DNA from: a virus | Lineage: Duplodnaviria; Caudoviricetes | Strand: one strand, 5' to 3' | DNA length: 59,973 nt | IMG/VR virus record: IMGVR_UViG_3300035145_001735 | Coordinates: 1 to 59,973 of that record | Shown here: in pieces, positions 51,737 to 59,973 of the stretch | Layout: every line of letters starts with the position of its first letter | Position numbering within the stretch: the first letter of the stretch is position 1 | Program-made: the position numbers and the translations under genes | The notes under the pieces: model-generated | Told to the model about the DNA's origin: nothing | The model's input: only the letters and a program-made list of their open reading frames with translations | The model's database searches: none

Positions 51737-52558
51737 TCAATAGTGTAATTCTTCTGCAGGTGTGATGTGTTGATAATCACAAGCAATTCTCCAAAGCAAT
51801 CTATTCCTATCTAGAACAGGTGTACGCCTATGTAGTGTTGTAAACTGATCCATTAATAACAAGTCACCACGTTTAAAAATATGATGATACTGATGCTTAC
51901 TTTTAAAAATAATAGGCATAAGTTTTTTGATCATTTCTTCATGGTCTATTTTCTTTTTACCTTCCCACGCACCAATGATAAAATGATATGGAAAGTAAAA
52001 ATAACTTTTACCTGTATGCGGATGTTCGCCTACTAACGGACGTATACTTCCTTTATTTTTACTCATAAACTCTAGTTCAGGATCATCGTCGTCTAAGTGA
52101 TACATTGTATTGTTTTGGAACTTAATACGTATTTTTATACTACGCCAGTATTCTTGTTCGTCCTTGCTTAGTTCATAAAAAGGATCACTAGTATTACATA
52201 TGCTTAGTGTAGTATTAATGTCTTCTTCTATGCAGTATAGTCCAATTACAATTTTATCAATTAAGTGTCTACTGTTACCATTACTGTGCCATCCTAGTTC
52301 TGTATCTCCGAACATACCAATCTTTTTACCATCATCGTCACGTTTGCCTGTAACTAAAAATATCTCAGGATATTCTTTTGGATTCATAAACAAGTCAGGT
52401 GCTTCACATTCGCCAAACTTTTTCATTGTGTTAATATAATCACGTTGTGTTAAGTTTTGCTCGTGAAATATAGTCATACCAACAGTTTGCAATTCATTTG
52501 CAATAAGTTGTAAATCATTTATTTTAGTAATATCGTCTATTCTTCTATTAGGTTGCAT
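51737..52558 (-). CDS. TauD/TfdA-family dioxygenase (HxN variant)
   Basis: GMTIFHEQNLT, WHSNG, HPHTGK, GDLLLMDQ..TLHRR, RLLWR. Confidence 0.85.
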   Translation of the reverse strand: MQPNRRIDDITKINDLQLIANELQTVGMTIFHEQNLTQRDYINTMKKFGECEAPDLFMNPKEYPEIFLVTGKRDDDGKKIGMFGDTELGWHSNGNSRHLIDKIVIGLYCIEEDINTTLSICNTSDPFYELSKDEQEYWRSIKIRIKFQNNTMYHLDDDDPELEFMSKNKGSIRPLVGEHPHTGKSYFYFPYHFIIGAWEGKKKIDHEEMIKKLMPIIFKSKHQYHHIFKRGDLLLMDQFTTLHRRTPVLDRNRLLWRIACDYQHITPAEELHY

Positions 52559-53327
52559 GATATTGCTCCTTAATCAAATCGGCAATACATAATCTATTTG
52601 TATAGTTACGTCTAAACTTATTGTAACACGAATCGTCAGAAGTTGCAAGCCAAATTGCATCGCTAGGTGTAAGATTTAATTCTTCGCATATACTTGTTTG
52701 ATATGGTTTAAGTGTATCATAAACTAAATTACTGTCTATGCACTGCATCAAATGTTCTCCTAATCCCATACTATAATAATTATAGTACTTGGCACTAGTA
52801 TGCAATGGTTCCAATCGCTTGTCAGGTGTACGACTCCAGTAATATCCAATTCTATAATTACGTAAACCAAAGCATTTGCTAAAACTAAAAAACACACGTT
52901 CTACATTGTTTGGTATATCAATGTATTTCTTTTTTGTACTTAACAAGTATGCTAAATCTAATACAACAGGCATGTCTGTAGGAATTGTGCAATAGTTGCC
53001 ATCATAACTTGTTGGATTACTAAGATATAAAACTTCTCCAGTTGATTTACCAGTAACCCATTGATAGTCATCAGCGGCCATTTTAATTGTACGCTTTTCT
53101 TGCCACATCCAATAATTGAGACCTTCAGTAATACCATTCAATGGATAAAAGTAATCAAATGTACTTAAATCACAATAAGGCTTTAAATAATCAACTATTT
53201 GACTTTGATGCTTGTGCACTGCAGTATAGTTATCGAATGTATAAGACTCTACTGCACTTATTACTTCACGTATAGGAAACGTGCGGATAGCAAGACTTTG
53301 ATTTAATATTTTTTGAATTTTTTCCAT
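52548..53327 (-). CDS. PLP-dependent aminotransferase-like protein (fold type I, compact)
   Basis: NGITEGL, LSNPT..DG, LDLAY, SFSKCFGL..YRIG. Confidence 0.75.
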   Translation of the reverse strand: MEKIQKILNQSLAIRTFPIREVISAVESYTFDNYTAVHKHQSQIVDYLKPYCDLSTFDYFYPLNGITEGLNYWMWQEKRTIKMAADDYQWVTGKSTGEVLYLSNPTSYDGNYCTIPTDMPVVLDLAYLLSTKKKYIDIPNNVERVFFSFSKCFGLRNYRIGYYWSRTPDKRLEPLHTSAKYYNYYSMGLGEHLMQCIDSNLVYDTLKPYQTSICEELNLTPSDAIWLATSDDSCYNKFRRNYTNRLCIADLIKEQYHAT

Positions 53328-53329
53328 AA

Positions 53330-53983
53330 CTATACAGTTTTAAATACACCAATTTTTATTAATTGCTGTGCAATCCACCCACCAGTATCATATGTGTGTA
53401 ATCGAATTTTTCTAAAGTTGTTGTGATGTTCACGATGATAGCCTTCACCTGCAATCAACAGGTTAAGCCATGGTACATTTGATCCACCTTCTTCACGATG
53501 TCCTACTGTGTTTAACAATCCAAAACCAAGTTTTGCATGAATGAATGGCATAAGTGCAAATGCTACAAAGAATTTAAAACTGATCAGCAAACTGACGATC
53601 CATACAGCCGTTACAATTTTAAACCAATGATTATGACAGAATACCAAACGTGGATTCTCATATAGATCTTTTGCATACTTGACAGGTATACGAGGAATAT
53701 CCCAGGTGGTTAGTAGTACACGCCAATAACCTACGTGCTTTGCAGCGTGTGGATCTTCAGGTCCGTCGCTGTGTGCATGATGCATTCTGTGACTAGCAAT
53801 CCAACCGATAGGTGAACGTATAACTGCAATCATAAGCATAGCAAGTCCAACTGTTTCAAACCACACCGGTACACGAAACTGTCGATGACAATAATATCTA
53901 TGTAACAAAATACTTGCACCCCAATGGGATATCAGTGTTCCCCACAAGTATCCAATTGCTATTACCCAAATCCAATCCATCAA
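53330..53983 (-). CDS. membrane fatty-acid desaturase (delta-9-like)
   Basis: His boxes HRYYCH, HRMHH, HREHH; TM segments. Confidence 0.9.
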   Translation of the reverse strand: MMDWIWVIAIGYLWGTLISHWGASILLHRYYCHRQFRVPVWFETVGLAMLMIAVIRSPIGWIASHRMHHAHSDGPEDPHAAKHVGYWRVLLTTWDIPRIPVKYAKDLYENPRLVFCHNHWFKIVTAVWIVSLLISFKFFVAFALMPFIHAKLGFGLLNTVGHREEGGSNVPWLNLLIAGEGYHREHHNNFRKIRLHTYDTGGWIAQQLIKIGVFKTV

Positions 53984-54696
53984 ATTGCCTTTACAATATC
54001 AATACTTTCTTGCCAAGTCTGTGTTGCACTTTCAAAATTAATATTTGCAATCACACGATGCTGTGTACCTTGGTTGTATGCTTCGTGCCACTGTTTAACA
54101 TTCCACAGCACTGGTCTATCAATTAGTGCATATCTACACACTGCTTCTTCATCAGTGAGCAGATAACGTTCGTTGTCTTTGTTGTAGGTTTTCCAATAGT
54201 ATTCGCTCCAGTATACACCTATGCTAGGATCGTCTGGTATGTAACCATCTACATCCTCATACGCAGGCCAACTGGTAATAGTATTTTCATCACAGCCTGC
54301 AATTGGAAAAATTAAACTTGCAACACTGCTAGTATAATGATGTCTATGACAGAAAAACAAGTGCTCTACGCTTTTAAAACTTGGCTGTGTAGGATCACTT
54401 TGAAAGAACTTGATTGCACGTGTAAATCCTAAACGTCCTAGCATATCGCTTAATTCACGATAAGGTTCTATGTCTGCTAGATATACAACCTGCATAAGAG
54501 GTTTGTCTGGATCATAAAGTGCATAATGCTCTTTTATGTGTTCTTTAAAAAATTCTGATTCTGGCTCTTGTGTATAAATGTTTGGTAAATGTGAATATAT
54601 TTCCATACACTGATCATGCATCCATTGTAAACCAGAAGTTAAATCTGGCTCGCACACAAAATTTGTTGCTAGTGTTGGATCTGTTAAAATCGGCAT
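53980..54696 (-). CDS. cupin/2OG-oxygenase-like protein
   Basis: CHRH, SLIFPI, PVLWNVKQWHEAYN....RVI. Confidence 0.55.
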   Translation of the reverse strand: MPILTDPTLATNFVCEPDLTSGLQWMHDQCMEIYSHLPNIYTQEPESEFFKEHIKEHYALYDPDKPLMQVVYLADIEPYRELSDMLGRLGFTRAIKFFQSDPTQPSFKSVEHLFFCHRHHYTSSVASLIFPIAGCDENTITSWPAYEDVDGYIPDDPSIGVYWSEYYWKTYNKDNERYLLTDEEAVCRYALIDRPVLWNVKQWHEAYNQGTQHRVIANINFESATQTWQESIDIVKAI

Positions 54697-54708
54697 ATTG
54701 CTATTTAT
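54694..54708 (-). promoter_or_regulatory. late promoter ATAAATA 5 nt before ATG
   Basis: Minus strand reads ATAAATA-GCAAT-ATG. Confidence 0.55.
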
Positions 54709-55828
54709 TTACTTTTCTCTTGGGTATTTTACTATCTGCACTACTAACACATGCAGGTGTAGTACAAACACGTGGCCCATCGAACAGTTTAAATCCTGTT
54801 TCAATATTGCCTAATGGAACGTCATGACAACTGTAACTACGCTTAATACTACCATCAGGCTCACGGATAATGATACCGCTATACCCACTTTGACACATCC
54901 ATCCTTCAAACTTGTTAAATCCAAAAGCATTAAATCTCTCCGCTTGATCCATGTACCATTTTTTGCCTTTACTATCTGTAAACTCAACTTGCATATGCCA
55001 TGGTACGCTTTTATCGTTTTCGCCTATTGCATAAGGCGGCAATTCGAAACTAGGCCTTGGACGAGCGGCCCACTTTCGTTTTGACTCAGTATACGCCATT
55101 TGCGGCATTCCGTTCCACAATCGCTGTAACATTTCTTCTGTATAACCGTCCACGACTCTTGACGCCGTTGGGTCGGATTGGGGTTTAAGGGTAACGTTGA
55201 TTCCTTGCTCGTGGAAGAATAAAGCATTTTCCCAATCTTTTTCAAACCACTCGGGAACCATGACCATGTTGATTGTAATTTGTACATCGTGTTCTTGGCA
55301 CAAGATTAATTTATCTGCAAAGTCTTGCATCTTGTCACGTGTATTTAAGTGTTCTGTGTGTAAACTAGCGGTTATACTTGCTCTATGAAATGGTTTTGCA
55401 CGTTCTACATAGTCTTCAAACCATTTCATAGGACGACTGCAGTTTGATGTCATATGGATAGAAGTATAATTAGTATTAGGCACATCGTCAGCCAAGTAGC
55501 CAAGTATGTCCAAGTACCCTGGATGAAAGGTAGGCTCGCCCCCAGACAAACTAAAATGAAAACTATTAAATCCGTTATCACGTGCTTGCCTCTTTATTTC
55601 ATCAATAGTCTTAAGACATAAGTCGGTGGGTCGGTGGTCTTTACGATCTGATCGGGCGTAAGGCCAACAATAGCTGCAACGATAATTGCAAAACCTACCA
55701 AGTAGCCAACTAACAGTAAACAAATCTCTGTAAAGAAGAGTACGTTGTCCAACTTGGACAATGTCGTCATACGGAATTTTTGTGAAATCATAATCACTCC
55801 ATTTTAAATCTTCATTCGACTCTGCCAT
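54701..55828 (-). CDS. radical SAM protein with C-terminal Cys cluster
   Basis: CNYRCSYC, SGGEPT, MTSN; C-terminal C...SC...C..C. Confidence 0.9.
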   Translation of the reverse strand: MAESNEDLKWSDYDFTKIPYDDIVQVGQRTLLYRDLFTVSWLLGRFCNYRCSYCWPYARSDRKDHRPTDLCLKTIDEIKRQARDNGFNSFHFSLSGGEPTFHPGYLDILGYLADDVPNTNYTSIHMTSNCSRPMKWFEDYVERAKPFHRASITASLHTEHLNTRDKMQDFADKLILCQEHDVQITINMVMVPEWFEKDWENALFFHEQGINVTLKPQSDPTASRVVDGYTEEMLQRLWNGMPQMAYTESKRKWAARPRPSFELPPYAIGENDKSVPWHMQVEFTDSKGKKWYMDQAERFNAFGFNKFEGWMCQSGYSGIIIREPDGSIKRSYSCHDVPLGNIETGFKLFDGPRVCTTPACVSSADSKIPKRKVNK

Positions 55829-55970
55829 CTAACCTCATTTCCAAATACTTAATAACTTGTTCAAACATTGTTTTCATATCAGGGTCGTTTGTTTCTTCGT
55901 ACATTATTCGAACTTCTTTTAGTTCTTCTTCAAATAATTTTTTAACACTTATAATTTTATGATCAACCAA
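55812..55970 (-). CDS. small helical protein, 52 aa (not in ORF track)
   Basis: TTG start with GGAG SD; MVDHKIISVKKLFEEELKEVRIMYEETNDPDMKTMFEQVIKYLEMRLDGRVE. Confidence 0.6.
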   Translation of the reverse strand: MVDHKIISVKKLFEEELKEVRIMYEETNDPDMKTMFEQVIKYLEMRLDGRVE

Positions 55971-55971
55971 T

Positions 55972-56649
55972 TTAAAATTCTCCAAACGCCCATTTACGTT
56001 CTAAACACCACCAACACTCGCCGCACGGAGTATACTCAAACTCCGGATTGTAATAATTGTGCACAGGCATGTCTTCACAACTTCTAGTTAATTGTAATAA
56101 ATCGTTTACTGCATATTGTTTATACATCGATGCAATAAATCTTTTATCTACATTTATAAATGGTGTATAGTAATGGTTAATCCACAGTGGTTTATTTCTT
56201 CCTATACGATATGCAGGTTCCGGAGGATATAAATTAAATACATTTCCATTTATAGTTTTTACCGTTTCTCCCTCGTCAGGACATGCTGTTAGCCCTGATA
56301 TAACACAATCGATATTTTGTTGCTCAAACAAGTTTTTTTCTACTGTATCAAAATATTCAACATTCTGAACATCTTTATAATACGAATAATGCATATTAAT
56401 TTTTGTAGTTTTTGTTTTATCAATTACATAATTAATAACATCTGCTGCACGTCTACCATTCCATCTATGCTTTTCATCGTTCGAACAAGTTAGTACATTT
56501 ATAACAACATCTTTGTTTTCAAAATATTTTACTAACATATATAATAAAATACTACTATCGGCACCACCACTACAACGAACTCCAATTTTTTTATATTGAT
56601 CTGGTATAGAAAAATCTATAGTTTGATTGTATTCGTCTGTCAGTGTCAT
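55972..56649 (-). CDS. QueC-like PP-loop ATPase
   Basis: SGGADS PP-loop; TPF..DK; TRSC...CGECWWC.ER Zn motif. Confidence 0.75.
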   Translation of the reverse strand: MTLTDEYNQTIDFSIPDQYKKIGVRCSGGADSSILLYMLVKYFENKDVVINVLTCSNDEKHRWNGRRAADVINYVIDKTKTTKINMHYSYYKDVQNVEYFDTVEKNLFEQQNIDCVISGLTACPDEGETVKTINGNVFNLYPPEPAYRIGRNKPLWINHYYTPFINVDKRFIASMYKQYAVNDLLQLTRSCEDMPVHNYYNPEFEYTPCGECWWCLERKWAFGEF

Positions 56650-57611
56650 TATAGTTCTTCTTTAATAAAAACATCTCTTTTCATTTGTTTACATACTTGC
56701 ATACAACGTGGTACTGGATTATCGCTTGTCCAACTATCTTTAATGCCTTGCCATATATTACTATTAATAGCCTGATCAATGCTAGCATTTTTTAAATTAA
56801 TAGTATCATAATAATTGTTACTTTCGATTAATGTTTCAAAGTCATCTTTAACTTCTCCACTAGCAGTGTATTCCATCATTTTACTATTCAAATGACAACA
56901 TGGAATAACATTGCCGTTATGATTAATAAAAATTCTTTTTTGATTTCCGTACTTACAACTAATATACGGTATCTCAGGCGCATTGTCAATCTCTTCTGTT
57001 TTTGCAGCCTTAACTGTGTCGCCTTTTGATTCTTTGCGATGACTAATAATAGTCTTAAACCCTTTAAAGCCTTCATCAGTTGCACGTTGTTTTGCTTCCT
57101 CAAGTTGATGCTCATTATGTTCAAATACAATAAACTGCCAATTACTGCGACCTCCTGCAGCATTAAATGCACGAAAGTTACGTTCTACTTTAACAAAGTT
57201 AGAACCTTCTCTATACACTTCGCTCAGTTCGTCGCTGCCGTCTATTCCCCAAGTAACTGCATGACTTGTACCTTTAAGGATACTAGCAAGTTTTTCCCAC
57301 CATTGCTCGGTGCGGGTACTTCCGTTTGTAGCAATATTAATATGTGCTCCCCAATCTGAAAAGTACTCTACTATAGCATGAAAGTCAGGATGTGTTGTAG
57401 GTTCATCTACACTGCCGCAAAAATTAACAATTTTAATTGCAGGCATTTCTTCTTTACGAAAGCGTTCACGTATTGTATCTAATGTAATGTATTCTTTATT
57501 TAAAATTTTGTCTGCTTGTTTGCTAAGTTCTCTGAAGCAACCTTTACAACGAATATTACAAAAACTTGTAAGTTCAATATCTAGCCATTCAAGTGTGTCC
57601 ATACTCCACAT
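56649..57611 (-). CDS. radical SAM/SPASM-twitch protein
   Basis: CNIRCKGC, ATNG, GIDG, VIPCC, C...C; start moved to ATG 57611. Confidence 0.9.
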   Translation of the reverse strand: MWSMDTLEWLDIELTSFCNIRCKGCFRELSKQADKILNKEYITLDTIRERFRKEEMPAIKIVNFCGSVDEPTTHPDFHAIVEYFSDWGAHINIATNGSTRTEQWWEKLASILKGTSHAVTWGIDGSDELSEVYREGSNFVKVERNFRAFNAAGGRSNWQFIVFEHNEHQLEEAKQRATDEGFKGFKTIISHRKESKGDTVKAAKTEEIDNAPEIPYISCKYGNQKRIFINHNGNVIPCCHLNSKMMEYTASGEVKDDFETLIESNNYYDTINLKNASIDQAINSNIWQGIKDSWTSDNPVPRCMQVCKQMKRDVFIKEEL

Positions 57612-57612
57612 A

Positions 57613-58230
57613 TTAAAATCCCTTAGATACCGAAGAAATACTTTCTTTAACTTTAGAAAAAAGTCCTTTATTTTTTTTACTTCTATGTTCAGTATTTTGT
57701 ATCGGGTCAATACTTAACTCATTGATAGCCAAATGTTTTGGTTGCGTAAATATCCAATTAATGTATTCTGCTGCTACATCAATATCCATACAAGTCCTGC
57801 CAGGATGCTTTTCTTGATTATTGCTCAGTGTGCCAAAACTTATATAAGATATTTTTGGACCACTATGCCATACATTAACCAGTCCTAAACTATTACAATA
57901 ATCACGTAGTGCTTTTTTTTCTGCATTATACAGCCAACTATTTCCTTTACTAGTTCTATCAGTAGTACTACCAATACATACAATATGTGCGTCATTCTGA
58001 GCCTTTTTAAGTGTTTTGTATACTGTATCTAGTAGTAAAGTTTGGTTAAACTTCCATAGTGCACTGTTAATAACAACTTTGTCATGATCTAAGCATCGAT
58101 CAGCAAATGCTTCTTGTCCGTCGGTTTTAGTTAAATCAAACCCAGTTGCTCTACTACAAAATTCTGCATCTGGATAATGTAACAATAAACTTTTTGCAAT
58201 TCCTTTTTCTGGATTTCCTGTAATAATCAT
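57613..58230 (-). CDS. short-chain dehydrogenase/reductase (compact)
   Basis: ITGNPEKGIA, VINSA, IGST, YNAEK. Confidence 0.75.
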   Translation of the reverse strand: MIITGNPEKGIAKSLLLHYPDAEFCSRATGFDLTKTDGQEAFADRCLDHDKVVINSALWKFNQTLLLDTVYKTLKKAQNDAHIVCIGSTTDRTSKGNSWLYNAEKKALRDYCNSLGLVNVWHSGPKISYISFGTLSNNQEKHPGRTCMDIDVAAEYINWIFTQPKHLAINELSIDPIQNTEHRSKKNKGLFSKVKESISSVSKGF

Positions 58231-58231
58231 T

Positions 58232-58867
58232 TTATAATCCTATTGTGTATGTTGTTAAATTTTTAGTTCTCGGTTCTACTGTTCTTACTAGTTCGTTATT
58301 GTCATCAAGTACATAGTTCCACGGAACTCCTGTTACAGGAACACCAATTCCTAATAATAATTCTATTCCACCGAGTTCAGATGGCGTTATGCCAACTGTT
58401 GAAGATATTAATTCTTTAATTTCACTATTTAAAAAACATTGGTTATAGCCTGTTTTATATCCCAATTGACAAGCACTTAACGCAACTGCTCCGCTACTAA
58501 TTCCAATGGCTGTTCTTACATTTAAGTCCCATGGATCATAATGTCCTTCTGCATTTGTCATATCTGTAAACCCAGGACCTTGATGGGTATTAAACCACAT
58601 AAAAACAACATGTGCATCTGATTGTGCATTTCTGTCAATAGTATCTGGATTGTCTAGATCAACAGAAAAGTTGTATAGTTGTCGATTAATAGTTTGGTCG
58701 GTAGATACAACAAGTCTGAAATATTCTACATTCTGTTTTGTAGGCATATTAGTTGCTATTTCTATTAGACCATTTACATGTTCAGTTGGCACGTTTACTG
58801 ATTTGTCCCAATTGCGTTGACAATGATTTGCTGTTTTACTTGCTAATATTAAATTTTCTATAGTCAT
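58232..58867 (-). CDS. nitroreductase-family protein
   Basis: CQRNWD, PTKQN, GISSG.VALSA..LGYKTG, LLGIG. Confidence 0.8.
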   Translation of the reverse strand: MTIENLILASKTANHCQRNWDKSVNVPTEHVNGLIEIATNMPTKQNVEYFRLVVSTDQTINRQLYNFSVDLDNPDTIDRNAQSDAHVVFMWFNTHQGPGFTDMTNAEGHYDPWDLNVRTAIGISSGAVALSACQLGYKTGYNQCFLNSEIKELISSTVGITPSELGGIELLLGIGVPVTGVPWNYVLDDNNELVRTVEPRTKNLTTYTIGL

Positions 58868-59973
58868 TTTGTATTCTCAAATATACTCATATCTTCAATA
58901 TGCTGCGGAAGTATTTCCATTAGTGCACCACGTTCTATACTCTTAGGTGTACACATACCACATCCACAGTGTTTTCCTGGTCCCAATGGGCAAGTAATAA
59001 TAGGCATAGTTTTGTTTTCTAAATTTTCTCGTAGTTCAGTAATAATATCATCACATTTACTAATACTTCCAATAGGACCACGTGTTCCATCAAACCGTGC
59101 TTGACAAGTTTGATGATGCCAAATAGTATCTGTTTGTTGTTCAATATGTAAAAAGAACCAGTTAACACTGCACTGCCAATTACTAAACTTAGCAAATTCT
59201 AAAAATGTACTTTTACTCCAACAGCCATCTGTGCTGCAAGTTTCCATTGTACGGCTACCGCAGCATGGTCTGCCTAGTTGTCTAGCAAGTTTCTTTTCTT
59301 CTGTTTTTTCTACTTGCACAGCGCCTGCTTCGTGTCCTACTTCTGCTTCTGCTTCTTCAGTAGTTTTGTTTAGTGCTGCATTTTTATTTGCCCAATAATC
59401 TTTCATCCATTGTAATTGTTCATCTGTGTAACGATGTGCATAACTGTTTTTACTATCTTCGTGTTCACCAATCATACGTGGCACGTATCCGATGCCATCA
59501 CGTTCTAATCTAGCACACAATTCTGCACACTCGTCCCAGTACTCAGCGTGAAACATTACATTAATTTTAATAGGAAATTTACGTTCGTGCAATAGATATA
59601 TGTTATTAATAACTTGTTGTTTTAAACTATTATGTGCTTCAGCATGATAACTAATAGTCATGAAGCCATAGTGTTCTACAACACTATTTGCCATTTTAGG
59701 ACCAAACGCACCATTACTAGTTATAGTTAAATTCATATGAAATTTATCTTTGTGATTTTCTTTCCAAGTTGTTTTAAGCCATTCGCCAAACGGTAAGAAA
59801 TTAGGATTTGCTGTAGGCTCGCCGCCGGTAAAATTAATGTTTAATCTTTTATTCTTTTTATAAGGAAAAATTAATTCAGCATAATCAAATATAAATTGTC
59901 CTGTCTTTTTCAATGTTTCAATATCAGCATGTGGGCTAAAGTTATCATGTCTGTGTGGAGGACAATATGTACA
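58864..59973 (-). CDS. radical SAM protein (5'-truncated by window edge)
   Basis: Window edge reads CTYCPPHRH (end of CxxxCxxC); FTGGEPT, TSNG; Cys-rich C-terminus. Confidence 0.88.
   Translation of the reverse strand, partial: CTYCPPHRHDNFSPHADIETLKKTGQFIFDYAELIFPYKKNKRLNINFTGGEPTANPNFLPFGEWLKTTWKENHKDKFHMNLTITSNGAFGPKMANSVVEHYGFMTISYHAEAHNSLKQQVINNIYLLHERKFPIKINVMFHAEYWDECAELCARLERDGIGYVPRMIGEHEDSKNSYAHRYTDEQLQWMKDYWANKNAALNKTTEEAEAEVGHEAGAVQVEKTEEKKLARQLGRPCCGSRTMETCSTDGCWSKSTFLEFAKFSNWQCSVNWFFLHIEQQTDTIWHHQTCQARFDGTRGPIGSISKCDDIITELRENLENKTMPIITCPLGPGKHCGCGMCTPKSIERGALMEILPQHIEDMSIFENTK

Noticed and set aside
55024-55797. Two +1-frame ORFs (87 and 67 aa) inside the radical SAM gene
   Set aside because: Within background length, with no clear SD or coupling.
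57612-57710. Apparent 98-nt overlap or frameshift between SDR and radical SAM
   Set aside because: It disappears when the radical SAM starts at ATG 57611, just after the SDR stop.
1-59973. tRNA, rRNA, CRISPR array, integrase or transposase, alternative genetic code
   Set aside because: Intergenic gaps are short, with no cloverleaf or spaced repeats seen by eye; genes end normally in TAA, TGA or TAG.

Overview
The window is a gene-dense, AT-rich (roughly one-third GC by eye) segment of a large tailed dsDNA phage with T4-like transcription logic: sigma70-type TTGACA-N16/17-TAnnnT promoters plus short ATAA(A/G)TA late-promoter-like motifs. The host is probably a marine alphaproteobacterium, inferred from the BMP purine-binding protein. 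From left to right it contains: a partial uvsE; a block of probable virion/internal-head proteins sharing MK(I/L)xE N-termini and many hydrophobic-x-Glu protease-like sites; an unannotated 58-aa metallothionein-like peptide coupled to an ATP-grasp-like gene; a GH19 endolysin with small membrane proteins; replication genes (DsbA-like, PolB, endonuclease VII-type, Smr, sliding clamp); a 7-deazaguanine DNA-modification locus (DpdA/TGT-like, HRH-type QueD/DpdL-like, FolE, QueE) interleaved with a glycosyltransferase, GalE, a cytidylyltransferase and a purine uptake/salvage module; RNase H; a glycine-rich adhesin; a MoxR/VWA pair; folA, an APS kinase-like gene, a nucleotidyltransferase and thyA; and a ~14 kb tailoring-enzyme island (2OG-Fe oxygenases, SDRs, sulfotransferase, GNAT, methyltransferase, TauD, PLP enzyme, desaturase, QueC-like, nitroreductase, three radical SAMs). 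The best leads are a possible glycosylated deazaguanine hypermodification, the tailoring island, a tiny pseudoknot in the folE leader, a long overprinted ORF inside queE, and hairpin-gated and leaderless late genes. I found no tRNA, rRNA, CRISPR array, intron or intein. All family calls come from motif recognition by eye; no searches were run.
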